Assembly: GCA_964016885.1 (NCBI GenBank)
Contig: OZ024760.1
Coordinates: 32,612,001-32,676,000, forward strand
From: Eledone cirrhosa
Taxonomy: Eukaryota
Length of the DNA: 64,000 nt
Direction: 5' to 3'
Position numbers and translations under genes: made by a program. The notes under the pieces were generated by a model. It was not told where the DNA came from. It saw only the letters and a list, made by a program, of their open reading frames with translations, and made no database searches. Shown here in pieces: positions 1 through 12,229 of the stretch. Each line of letters opens with the position of its first letter. Position 1 is the first letter of the stretch.

Positions 1-3000
1 AGAAAGCACCCAGTCCACACTGTACAGTGGTTGTGTAGGTCTCAAGACAGAATGCACCCAGACCACCCTGTACAGTGGTCGTGTAGGTCTCAAGACAGAA
101 AGCACCCAGTCCACCCTGTACAGTGGTTGTGTAGGTCTCAAGACAGAAAGAACCCAGTCCACACTGTACAGTGGTTGTGTAGGTCTCAAGACAGAAAGCA
201 CCAAGTCCACACTGTACAGTGGTTGTGTAGGTCTCAAGACAGAAAGCACCCAGTCCTCCCTGTACAGTGGTTGTGTAGGTCTCAAGACAGAAAACACCCA
301 GTCCACCCTGTACAGTGGTTGTGTAGGTCTCAAGTCAGAAAGCACCCAGTCCACCCTGTACAGTGGTTGTGTAGGTCTCAAGACAGAAATCACCTAGTCC
401 ACCATGTACAGTGGTTGTGTTGATCTCAAGACAGAAAGCACGCAGTCCACCCTGTACAGTGGCTGTGTAGGTCTCAAGACAGAAAGCACCCAGTCCACCC
501 TGTACACTGGTTGTGTAGGTCTCAAGACAGAAAGCACCCTGTCCACCCTGTACAGTGGTTGTTTAGGTCTCAAGACAGAAAGCACCCAGTCCTCCATGTA
601 CAGTGGTTGTGTAGGTCTCAAGACAGAAAGCACCCAGTCCACCCTGTACAGTGGTTGTGTAGGTCCCAAGACAGAAGCACCCGGTCCACACTGTACAGTG
701 GTTGTGTAGGTCTCAAGACAGAAAGCATCCAGTCCTCCCTGTACAGTGGTTGTGTAGGTCTCAAGACAGAAATCACCCAGACCACCCTGTACAGTGGTTG
801 TGTAGGTCTCAAGACAGAAAGCACCTAGTCCACCCTGTAGAGTGGTTGTGTAGGTGTCAAGACAGAAAGCACCCAGTCCACAGTGTACAGTGGTTGTGTA
901 GGTCTCTCGACAGAAAGCACCCAGTCCATCCTGTACAGTGGTTGTGTAGGTCTCAAGACAGAAAGCACCCAGTCCACCTTGTACAGTGGTTGTGTAGGTC
1001 TCAAGACAGAAAGCACCCAGTCCACACTGTACAGTGGTTGTGTAGGTCTCAAGACAGAAAGCACCCAGTCCACCCTGTACAGTGGTTGTGTAGGTCTCAA
1101 GACAGAAAGTGCCCAGTCCACCCTGTACAGTGGTTGTGTAGGTCTCAAGACAGAAATCACCCAGTCCACCCTGTACAGTGGTTGTGTAGGTCTCAAGACA
1201 GAAAGCACACAGTCCACCCTGTACAGTGGTTGTGTAGGTCTCAAAACAGAAAGAACCCAGTCCACACTGTACAGTGGTTGTGTAGGTCTCAAGACAGAAA
1301 GCACCCAGTCCACACTGTACAGTGGTTGTGTAGGTCTCAAGACAGAATGCACCCAGACCACCCTGTACAGTGGTCGTGTAGGTCTCAAGACAGAAAGTGC
1401 CCAGTCCACCCTGTACAGTGGTTGTGTAGGTCTCAAGACAGAAATCACCCAGTCCACCATGTACGGTGGTTGTGTAGGTCTCAAGACAGAATGCACGCAG
1501 TCCACCCTGTACAGTGGTTGTGTAGGTCTCAAGACAGAAAGGACCCAGTCCACACTGTACAGTGGTTGTGTAGGTCTCAAGACAGAAAGCACCCAGTCCA
1601 CAATGTACAGTGGTTGTGTAGGTCTCTCGACAGAAAGCACCCAGTCCATCCTGTAGAGTGGTTGTGTAGGTCTCAAGACAGAAAGCACCCAGTCCACCTT
1701 GTACAGTGGTTGTGTAGGTCTCAAGACAGAAAGCACCCAGTCCACACTGTACAGTGGTTGTGTAGGTCTCAAGACAGAAAGCACCCAGTCCACCCTGTAC
1801 AGTGGTTGTGTAGGTCTCAAGACAGAAAGTGCCCAGTCCACCCTGTACAGTGGTTGTGTAGGTCTCAAGACAGAAATCACCCAGTCCACCCTGTACAGTG
1901 GTTGTGTAGGTCTCAAGACAGAAAGCACACAGTCCACCCTGTACAATGGTTGTGTAGGTCTCAAGACAGAAAGAACCCAGTCCACACTGTACAGTGGTTG
2001 TGTAGGTCTCAAGACAGAAAGCACCCAGTCCACACTGTACAGTGGTTGTGTAGGTCTCAAGACAGAATGCACCCAGACCACCCTGTACAGTGGTCGTGTA
2101 GGTCTCAAGACAGAAAGTGCCCAGTCCACCCTGTACAGTGGTTGTGTAGGTCTCAAGACAGAAATCACCCAGTCCACCATGTACGGTGGTTGTGTAGGTC
2201 TCAAGACAGAATGCACGCAGTCCACCCTGTACAGTGGTTGTGTAGGTCTCAAGACAGAAAGGACCCAGTCCACACTGTACAGTGGTTGTGTAGGTCTCAA
2301 GACAGAAAGCACCCAGTCCTCCCTGTACAGTGGTTGAGTAGGTCTGAAGACAGAAAGCACCTAGTCCACCCTGTACAGTGGTCGTGTAGCTCTCAAGACA
2401 GAAAGCACCCAGTCCACCCTGTAGAGTGGCTATGTAGGTCTCAAGACAGAAATCATCCAGTCCACCCTGTACAGTGGTTGTGTACGTCTCAAGACAGAAA
2501 GCACCCAGTCCACCCTGTGCAGTGGCTGTGTAGGTCTCAAGACAGAAAGCACCCAGTCCACCCTGTACACTGGTTGTGTAGGTCTCAAGACAGAAAGCAC
2601 CCAGTCCACCCTGTACAGTGGTTCTTTAGGTCTCAAGACAGAAAGCACCCAGTCCTCCACGTACAGTGGTTGTGTAGGTCTCAAGACAGAAAGCACAAAG
2701 TCCACACTGTACAGTGGTTGTGTAGGTCTCAAGACAGAAAGCACACAGTCCACACTGTACAGTGGTTGTGTAGGTCTCAAGACAGAAAGCACCCAGTCCA
2801 CCCTGTACAGTGGTTGTGCAGGTCTCAAGACAGAAAGCACCCAGTACTCCCTGTACAGTGGTTGTGTAGGTCTCGAGACAGAAATCACCCAGTCCATCCT
2901 GTACAGTGGTTGTGTAGGTCTCAAGACAGAAAGCACCCAGTCCACAGTGTACAGTGGTTGTGTAGGTCTCTAGACAGAAAGCACCCAGTCCATCCTGTAC

Positions 3001-6000
3001 AGTGGTTGTGTAGGTCTCAAGACAGAAATCACCCAGTCCATCCTGTACAGTGGTTGTGTAGGTCTCAAGACAGAAAGTGCCCAGTCCACCCTGTACAGTG
3101 GTTGTGTAGGTCTCAAGACAGAAAGCACCCAGTCCACCCTGTACAGTGGTTGTGTAGGTCTCAAGACAGAAATCACACAGTCCACCCTATACAGTGGTTG
3201 TGTAGGTCTCAAGACAGAAAGCACCTAGTCCACCCTGTACAGTGGTTGTGTAGGTCTCAAGACAGAACGAACCCAGTCCACACTGTACAGTGGTTGTGTA
3301 GGTCTCAAGACAGAAAGCACCCAGTCCTCTCTGTACAGTGGTTGTGTAGGTCTCAAGACAGAAAGCACCCAGTCCACCCTGTACAGTGGTTGTGTAGGTC
3401 TCAAGACAGAAAGTGCCCAGTCCACCCTGTACAGTGGTTCTGTAGGTCTCAAGACAGAAATCACCCAGTCCACCCTGTACAGTGGTTGTGTAGGTCTCAA
3501 GACAGAAAGCACCCAGTCCACCCTGTACAGTGGTTGTGTAGGTCTCAAGACAGAAAGAACCCAGTCCACACTGTACAGTGGTTGTGTAGGTCTCAAGACA
3601 GAAAGCACCCAGTCCACACTGTACAGTGGTTGTGTAGGTCTCAAGACAGAATGCACCCAGACCACCCTGTACAGTGGTCGTGTAGGTCTCAAGACAGAAA
3701 GCACCCAGTCCACCCTGTACAGTGGTTGTGTAGGTCTCAAGACAGAAAGAACCCAGTCCACACTGTACAGTGGTTGTGTAGGTCTCAAGACAGAAAGCAC
3801 CAAGTCCACACTGTACAGTGGTTGTGTAGGTCTCAAGACAGAAAGCACCCAGTCCTCCCTGTACAGTGGTTGTGTAGGTCTCAAGACAGAAAACACCCAG
3901 TCCACCCTGTACAGTGGTTGTGTAGGTCTCAAGTCAGAAAGCACCCAGTCCACCCTGTACAGTGGTTGTGTAGGTCTCAAGACAGAAATCACCTAGTCCA
4001 CCATGTACAGTGGTTGTGTTGATCTCAAGACAGAAAGCACGCAGTCCACCCTGTACAGTGGCTGTGTAGGTCTCAAGACAGAAAGCACCCAGTCCACCCT
4101 GTACACTGGTTGTGTAGGTCTCAAGACAGAAAGCACCCTGTCCACCCTGTACAGTGGTTGTTTAGGTCTCAAGACAGAAAGCACCCAGTCCTCCATGTAC
4201 AGTGGTTGTGTAGGTCTCAAGACAGAAAGCACCCAGTCCACCCTGTACAGTGGTTGTGTAGGTCCCAAGACAGAAGCACCCGGTCCACACTGTACAGTGG
4301 TTGTGTAGGTCTCAAGACAGAAAGCATCCAGTCCTCCCTGTACAGTGGTTGTGTAGGTCTCAAGACAGAAATCACCCAGACCACCCTGTACAGTGGTTGT
4401 GTAGGTCTCAAGACAGAAAGCACCTAGTCCACCCTGTAGAGTGGTTGTGTAGGTGTCAAGACAGAAAGCACCCAGTCCACAGTGTACAGTGGTTGTGTAG
4501 GTCTCTCGACAGAAAGCACCCAGTCCATCCTGTACAGTGGTTGTGTAGGTCTCAAGACAGAAAGCACCCAGTCCACCTTGTACAGTGGTTGTGTAGGTCT
4601 CAAGACAGAAAGCACCCAGTCCACACTGTACAGTGGTTGTGTAGGTCTCAAGACAGAAAGCACCCAGTCCACCCTGTACAGTGGTTGTGTAGGTCTCAAG
4701 ACAGAAAGTGCCCAGTCCACCCTGTACAGTGGTTGTGTAGGTCTCAAGACAGAAATCACCCAGTCCACCCTGTACAGTGGTTGTGTAGGTCTCAAGACAG
4801 AAAGCACACAGTCCACCCTGTACAGTGGTTGTGTAGGTCTCAAAACAGAAAGAACCCAGTCCACACTGTACAGTGGTTGTGTAGGTCTCAAGACAGAAAG
4901 CACCCAGTCCACACTGTACAGTGGTTGTGTAGGTCTCAAGACAGAATGCACCCAGACCACCCTGTACAGTGGTCGTGTAGGTCTCAAGACAGAAAGTGCC
5001 CAGTCCACCCTGTACAGTGGTTGTGTAGGTCTCAAGACAGAAATCACCCAGTCCACCATGTACGGTGGTTGTGTAGGTCTCAAGACAGAATGCACGCAGT
5101 CCACCCTGTACAGTGGTTGTGTAGGTCTCAAGACAGAAAGGACCCAGTCCACACTGTACAGTGGTTGTGTAGGTCTCAAGACAGAAAGCACCCAGTCCAC
5201 AATGTACAGTGGTTGTGTAGGTCTCTCGACAGAAAGCACCCAGTCCATCCTGTAGAGTGGTTGTGTAGGTCTCAAGACAGAAAGCACCCAGTCCACCTTG
5301 TACAGTGGTTGTGTAGGTCTCAAGACAGAAAGCACCCAGTCCACACTGTACAGTGGTTGTGTAGGTCTCAAGACAGAAAGCACCCAGTCCACCCTGTACA
5401 GTGGTTGTGTAGGTCTCAAGACAGAAAGTGCCCAGTCCACCCTGTACAGTGGTTGTGTAGGTCTCAAGACAGAAATCACCCAGTCCACCCTGTACAGTGG
5501 TTGTGTAGGTCTCAAGACAGAAAGCACACAGTCCACCCTGTACAATGGTTGTGTAGGTCTCAAGACAGAAAGAACCCAGTCCACACTGTACAGTGGTTGT
5601 GTAGGTCTCAAGACAGAAAGCACCCAGTCCACACTGTACAGTGGTTGTGTAGGTCTCAAGACAGAATGCACCCAGACCACCCTGTACAGTGGTCGTGTAG
5701 GTCTCAAGACAGAAAGTGCCCAGTCCACCCTGTACAGTGGTTGTGTAGGTCTCAAGACAGAAATCACCCAGTCCACCATGTACGGTGGTTGTGTAGGTCT
5801 CAAGACAGAATGCACGCAGTCCACCCTGTACAGTGGTTGTGTAGGTCTCAAGACAGAAAGGACCCAGTCCACACTGTACAGTGGTTGTGTAGGTCTCAAG
5901 ACAGAAAGCACCCAGTCCTCCCTGTACAGTGGTTGAGTAGGTCTGAAGACAGAAAGCACCTAGTCCACCCTGTACAGTGGTCGTGTAGCTCTCAAGACAG

Positions 6001-6960
6001 AAAGCACCCAGTCCACCCTGTAGAGTGGCTATGTAGGTCTCAAGACAGAAATCATCCAGTCCACCCTGTACAGTGGTTGTGTACGTCTCAAGACAGAAAG
6101 CACCCAGTCCACCCTGTGCAGTGGCTGTGTAGGTCTCAAGACAGAAAGCACCCAGTCCACCCTGTACACTGGTTGTGTAGGTCTCAAGACAGAAAGCACC
6201 CAGTCCACCCTGTACAGTGGTTCTTTAGGTCTCAAGACAGAAAGCACCCAGTCCTCCACGTACAGTGGTTGTGTAGGTCTCAAGACAGAAAGCACAAAGT
6301 CCACACTGTACAGTGGTTGTGTAGGTCTCAAGACAGAAAGCACACAGTCCACACTGTACAGTGGTTGTGTAGGTCTCAAGACAGAAAGCACCCAGTCCAC
6401 CCTGTACAGTGGTTGTGCAGGTCTCAAGACAGAAAGCACCCAGTACTCCCTGTACAGTGGTTGTGTAGGTCTCGAGACAGAAATCACCCAGTCCATCCTG
6501 TACAGTGGTTGTGTAGGTCTCAAGACAGAAAGCACCCAGTCCACAGTGTACAGTGGTTGTGTAGGTCTCTAGACAGAAAGCACCCAGTCCATCCTGTACA
6601 GTGGTTGTGTAGGTCTCAAGACAGAAATCACCCAGTCCATCCTGTACAGTGGTTGTGTAGGTCTCAAGACAGAAAGTGCCCAGTCCACCCTGTACAGTGG
6701 TTGTGTAGGTCTCAAGACAGAAAGCACCCAGTCCACCCTGTACAGTGGTTGTGTAGGTCTCAAGACAGAAATCACACAGTCCACCCTATACAGTGGTTGT
6801 GTAGGTCTCAAGACAGAAAGCACCTAGTCCACCCTGTACAGTGGTTGTGTAGGTCTCAAGACAGAACGAACCCAGTCCACACTGTACAGTGGTTGTGTAG
6901 GTCTCAAGACAGAAAGCACCCAGTCCTCTCTGTACAGTGGTTGTGTAGGTCTCAAGACAG
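1..6960 (+). repeat. Higher-order tandem duplication, period 3599 bp (75 monomers minus 1 bp); 1-3361 matches 3600-6960
   Basis: ORF pairs are offset by exactly 3599 (394/3993, 404/4003, 702/4301, 825/4424, 2430/6029, 2970/6569). Both copies share the 1-bp deletion ACAGAAGCAC (~671 and ~4270). The copies diverge after ~3361/6960. Confidence 0.95.
860..2310 (+). repeat. Nested 720-bp (15-monomer) tandem duplication; repeated at ~4460-5910
   Basis: Rare variants recur at +720: GGTCTCTCGA 901/1621, CAGACCAC ~1354/2074, GTACGGTGG 1461/2181, GGACCC 1541/2261. Confidence 0.92.
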
Positions 6961-9739
6961 AAATCACCCAGTCCAACCTGTACAGTGGTTGTGTAGGTCT
7001 CAAGACAGAAAGCACCTAGTCCACCCTGTACAGTGGTTGTGTAGCTCTCAAGACAGAAAGCACCCAGTCCACCCTGTACAGTGGCTATGTAGGTCTCAAG
7101 ACAGAAAGCATGCAGTCCACCATGTACATTGGTTGTGTAGGTCTCAAGACAGAAATCATCCAGTCCACCCTGTACAGTGGTTGTGTAGGTCTCAAGACAG
7201 AAAGCCCCCAGTCCACACTGTACAGTGGTTGTGTAGATCTCAAGACAGAAAGCACCCAGTCCTCCCTGTACAGTGGTTGTGTAGGTCTCAAGACAGAAAG
7301 CACCCAGTCCACCCTGTACAGTGGTCGTGTAGGTCTCAAGACAGAAAGCACCCAGTCCACCCTGTACAGTGGCTGTGTAGGTCTCAAGACAGAAAGCATG
7401 CAGTCCACCATGAACATTGGTTGTGTAGGTCACAAGACAGAAATCACCGAGTCCACCCTGTACAGTGGTTGTGTAGGTCTCAAGACAGAAAGCACCCAGT
7501 CCACCCTGTACAGTGGTTGTGTAGTTGACAAGATAGAAAGCACCCAGTCCACCCTGTACAGTGGTTGTGTAGGTCTCAAGACAGAAAGCACCCAGTCCAA
7601 CCTGTACAGTGGTTGTGCAGGTCTCAAGACAGAAAGCACCCAGTCCACCCTGTACAGTGGTTGTGTAGGTCTCAAGACAGAAAGCACCCGGTCCACACTG
7701 TACAGTGGTTCTGTAGATCTCAAGACAGAAAGCACCCAGTACTCACTGTACAGTGCTTGTGTAGGTCTCAAGACAGAAAGCACCCAGTACTCACTGTACA
7801 GTGGTTGTGCAGGTCTCAAGACAGAAATCACCCAGTCCACCCTGTACAGTGGTTGTGTAGGTCTCAAGTCAGAAAGCACCCAGTCCACCCTGTACATTGG
7901 TTGTGTAGGTCTCAAGTCAGAAAGCACCCAGTCCACCCTGTACAGTGGTTGAGTAGGTCTCAAGACAGAAAGCACACAGTCCACTCTGTACAGTGGTTGT
8001 GTAGGTCAAGATAGAAAGCACAAAGTCCACACTGTATAGTGGTTGTGTAGGTCTCAAGACAGAAAGCACCCAGTCCACCCTGTACAGTGGTTGTGTAGGT
8101 CTCAAGTCAGAAAGCACCTAGTCCACCCTGTACAGTGGTTGTGTAGGTCTCAAGACAGAAATCCCCCAGTCCACCATGTACAGTGGTTGTGTAGCTCTCA
8201 AGACAGAACGCACCCAGTCCACCCTGTACAGTGGTGGTGTAGGTCTCAAGACAGAAATCACCCAGTCCACCATGTACAGTGGTTGTGTAGGTCTCAAGAC
8301 AGAAATCACCCAGTCCACCCTGTACAGTGGTTGTGTAGGTCTCAAGACAGAAAGCAATCAGTCCACACTGTACAGTGGTTGTGTAGGTCTCAAGACAGAA
8401 AGCACCCAGTCCACCCTGTACAGTGGTTGTGTAGGTCTCAAGACAGAAAGCACCCAGTCCACCTGGTACAGTGGTTGTGTAGGTCTCAAGACAGAAAGTG
8501 CCCAGTCCACCCTTTACAGTGGTTGTGTAGGTCTCAAGACAGAAAGTGCCCAGTCCACCCTGTACAGTGGTTGTGTAGGTCTCAAGACAGAAAGCACCCA
8601 GTCCACCCTGTACAGTGGTTGTGTAGGTCTCAAGACAGAAAGAACCCAGGCCACACTGTACAGTAGTTGTGTAGGTCTCAATACAGAAAGCACCCAGTCT
8701 ACCCAGTACAGTGGTTGTGTAGGTCTCAAGACGGAAAGCACCCAGTCCACCCTGTACAGTGGTTGTGTATGTCTCAAGACAGAAAGTGCCCAGTCCACCC
8801 TTTACAGTGGTTGTGTAGGTCTCAATACAGAAATCAACCAGTCCACCCTGTACAGTGGTTGTGTAGGTCTCAAGACAGAAAGCACCCAGTACACCCTGTA
8901 CAGTGGTTGTGTAGGTCTGAAGACAGAAAGAACCCAGTCCACACTGTACAGTGGTTGTGTAGGTCTAAAGACAGAAATCACCCAGTCCACCCTGTACAGT
9001 GGTTGTGTAGGTCTCAAGACAGAAAGCACCCAGTCCACCCTGTACAGTGGTTGTGTAGGTCTCAAGACAGAAATCACCCAGTCCACCCTGTACAGTGGTT
9101 GTGTAGGTCTCAAGACAGAAAGCACCCAGTCCACCCTGTACAGTGGTTGTGTAGGTCTCAAGACAGAAAGAACCCAGTCCACACTGTACAGTGGTTGTAT
9201 AGGTCTCAAGACAGAAAGCACCCAGTCCAGCCTGTACAATGGTTGTATAGGTCTCAAGACAGAAAGTGCCCAGCCCACCCTGTACAGTGGTTGTGTAGGT
9301 CTCAAGACAGAAAGCACCCAGTCCACCCTGTACAGTGGTTGTGTAGGTCTCAAGACAGAAAGTGCCCAGTCCACCCTGTACAGTGGTTGTGTAGGTCTCA
9401 AGACAGAAAGAACCCAGTCCACACTGTACAGTGGTTGTGTAGGTCTCAAGACAGAAAGCACCCAGTCCACCCTGTACAGTGGTTGTGTAGGTCTCAAGAC
9501 AGAAAGTGCCCAGTCCACCCTGTACAGTGGTTGTGTAGGTCTCAAGACAGAAAGCACCCAGTCCACCCTGTACAGTGGTTGTGTAGGTCAAAAGACAGAA
9601 AGCACCCAGTCCACCCTGTACAGTAGTTGTGTATGTCTCAAGACAGAAAGAACCCAGTCCACACTGAACAGTGGTTGTGTAGGTCTCAAGACAGAATGCA
9701 CCCAGTCCACCCTGTACAGTGGTCGTGTAGGTCTCAAGA

Positions 9740-10410
9740 CAGAAAGCACCCAGACCACCCTGTACAGTGGTTGTGTAGGTCTCGAGACAGAAAGTGCCCA
9801 GTCCACCCTGTACAGTGGTTGTGTAGGTCTCAAGACAGAATGCACCCAGTCCACACTGTACAGTGGTCGTGTAGGTCTCAAGACAGAATGCACCCAGTCC
9901 ACACTGTACAGTGGTTGTGTAGGTCTCAAGACAGAATGCACCCAGTCCACCCTGTACAGTGGTCGTGTAGGTCTCAAGACAGAATGCACCCAGTCCACCC
10001 TGTACAGTGGTCGTGTAGGTCTCAAGACAGAAAGCACCCAGTCCACACTGTACAGTGGTTGTGTAGGTCTCAAGACAGAAAGCACCCAGACCACCCTGTA
10101 CAGTGGTTGTGTAGGTCTCGAGACAGAAAGTGCCCAGTCCACCCTGTACAGTGGTTGTGTAGGTCTCAAGACAGAATGCACCCAGTCCACACTGTACAGT
10201 GGTCGTGTAGGTCTCAAGACAGAATGCACCCAGTCCACACTGTACAGTGGTTGTGTAGGTCTCAAGACAGAATGCACCCAGTCCACCCTGTACAGTGGTC
10301 GTGTAGGTCTCAAGACAGAATGCACCCAGTCCACCCTGTACAGTGGTCGTGTAGGTCTCAAGACAGAAAGCACCCAGTCCACACTGTACAGTGGTTGTGT
10401 AGGTCTCAAG
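9740..10410 (+). repeat. 336-bp (7-monomer) tandem duplication in an AGAATGCA/GGTCGT-rich patch
   Basis: CAGACCAC at 9751/10087 and CTCGAG at 9781/10117, followed by the same order of AATGC and GGTCGT variants. Confidence 0.88.
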
Positions 10411-12229
10411 ACAGAAAGCACCCAGTCCACACTGTACAGTGGTTGTGTAGGTCTCAAGACAGAATGCACCCAGTCCACCCTGTACAGTGGCTGTGTAGGT
10501 CTCAAGACAGAAAGCACCCAGTCCACCCTGTCCAGTGGCTGTGTAGGTCTCAAGACAGAAAGCACCCAGTCCACACTGTACAGTGGTTGTGTAGATCTCA
10601 AGACAGAAATCACCCAGTCCACCCTGTACAGTGGTAGTGTAGGACTCAAGACAGAAAGCACCCAGTCCACCCTGTCCAGTGGTTGTGTAGGTCTCAAGAC
10701 AGAAAGCACCCGGTCCACACTGTACAGTGGTTGTGTAGGTCTCAAGACAGAAAGCACCCAGTCCTCCCTGTACAGTGGTTGTGTAGGTCTCAAGACAGAA
10801 AGCACCCAGTCCACCCTGTACAGTGGTTGTGTAGGTCTCAAGACAGAAAGCACCCGGTCCACACTGTACAGTGGTTGCGTAGGTCTCAAGACAGAACGTG
10901 CCCAGTACAACTTGTACAGTGGTTGTGTATGTCTCAAGACAGAAAGCACCCAGTCCACCCTGTACAGTGGTTGTGTAGGTCTCAATTCAGAAAGCACCCA
11001 GTCCACCCTGTACAGTGGTTGTGTAGGTCTCAAGACAGAAAGCACCCCGTGCACACTGTACAGTGGTTGTGTAAGTCTCAAGACAGAGAGCACCCAGTCC
11101 ACCCTGTACAGTGGTTGTGTAGGTCTCAAGACAGAAAGCACCCGGTCCACACTGTACAGTGGTTGTGTAGGTCTCAAGACAGAAAGCACCCAGTCCACCC
11201 TGTACAGTGGTTGTGTAGGTCTCAAGACAGAAAGCACCCAATCCACCCTGTACAGTGGTTGTGTAGGTCTCAAGACAGAAAGAACCCAGTCCACCCTGTA
11301 CAGTGGTTGTGTAGGTCTCAAGACAGAAAACACCCAGTCCACACTGTACAGTGGTTGTGTAGGTCTCAAGACAGAAAGCACCCAGTCCACCCTGTAGAGT
11401 GGTTGTGTAGGTCTCAAGACAGAAAGAACCCAGTCCACACCGTAAAGTGGTTGTGTAGGTCTCAAGACAGAAAGCACCCAGTCCACACTGTACAGTGGTT
11501 GTGTAGGTCTCAAGATAGAAAGCACCTAGTCCACCCTGTACAGTGGTTGTGTAGGTCTCAAGACAGAAAGTGCCCAGTCCACCCTGTACAGTGGTTGTGT
11601 AGGTCTCAAGACAGAAAGCACCCAGTCTACAGTGTACAGTGGTTGTGTAGGTCTCTAGACAGAAAGCACCCAGTCCATCCTGTACAGTGGTTGTGTAGGT
11701 CTCAAGACAGAAATCACCCAGTCCACCGAGTACAGTGGTTGTGTAGGTCTAGAGACAGAAAGCACCCAGTCCACCCTGTACAGTGGTTATGTAGGTCTCA
11801 AGACAGAAAGCACCCAGTCCACCCTGTACAGTAGTTGTGTAGGTGTCAAGACAGAAAGCACACAGTCCACAGTGTACAGTGGTTGTGTAAGTCTCTAGAC
11901 AGAAAGCACCCAGTCCATCCTGTACAGTGGTCGTGTAGGTCTCAAGACAGAAATCACCCAGTCCACCCTGTACAGTGGTTGTGTAGGTCTCAAGACAGAA
12001 AGCACCCAGTCCACAGTGTACAGTGGTTGTGTAGGTCTCTAGACAGAAAGCACCAAGTCCATCCTGTACAGTGGTTGTGTAGGTCTCAAGACCAAAATCA
12101 CCCAGTCCACACTGTACAGTGGTTGTGTAGGTCTCAAGACAGAAAGCCCCCAGTCCACACTGTACAGTGGTTGTGTAGGTCTCAAGACAGAAAGCACCTG
12201 GTGCACCCTGTACAGTGGTTGTGTAGGTC

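Noticed and set aside
702-7528. ORFs over 1000 aa of (CRSQDRKHPVHPVQWL)n, His/Cys-rich and superficially metal-binding or zinc-finger-like
   Set aside because: This is a translation of the 48-bp satellite. Starts are TTG rather than ATG, there is no unique N- or C-terminal domain and no C2H2 spacing. Equivalent ORFs are open in four frames on both strands and are broken by scattered stops and frameshifts.
8176-11397. 1073-aa ORF of (YSGCVGLKTESTQSTL)n, a 16-residue repeat reminiscent of ice-nucleation or beta-solenoid proteins
   Set aside because: It lacks the AGYGSTxTA consensus and the flanking domains of InaZ-type proteins. I saw no bias toward synonymous variants, and the same sequence continues for 64 kb with frameshifts. 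A 16-codon frame is stop-free by chance nearly half the time.
9588-11525. Long minus-strand ORFs (VLSVLRPTQPLYRVDW)n, and (GAFCLETYTTTVQGGL)n elsewhere
   Set aside because: These are antisense translations of the same monomer with no independent evidence of coding.
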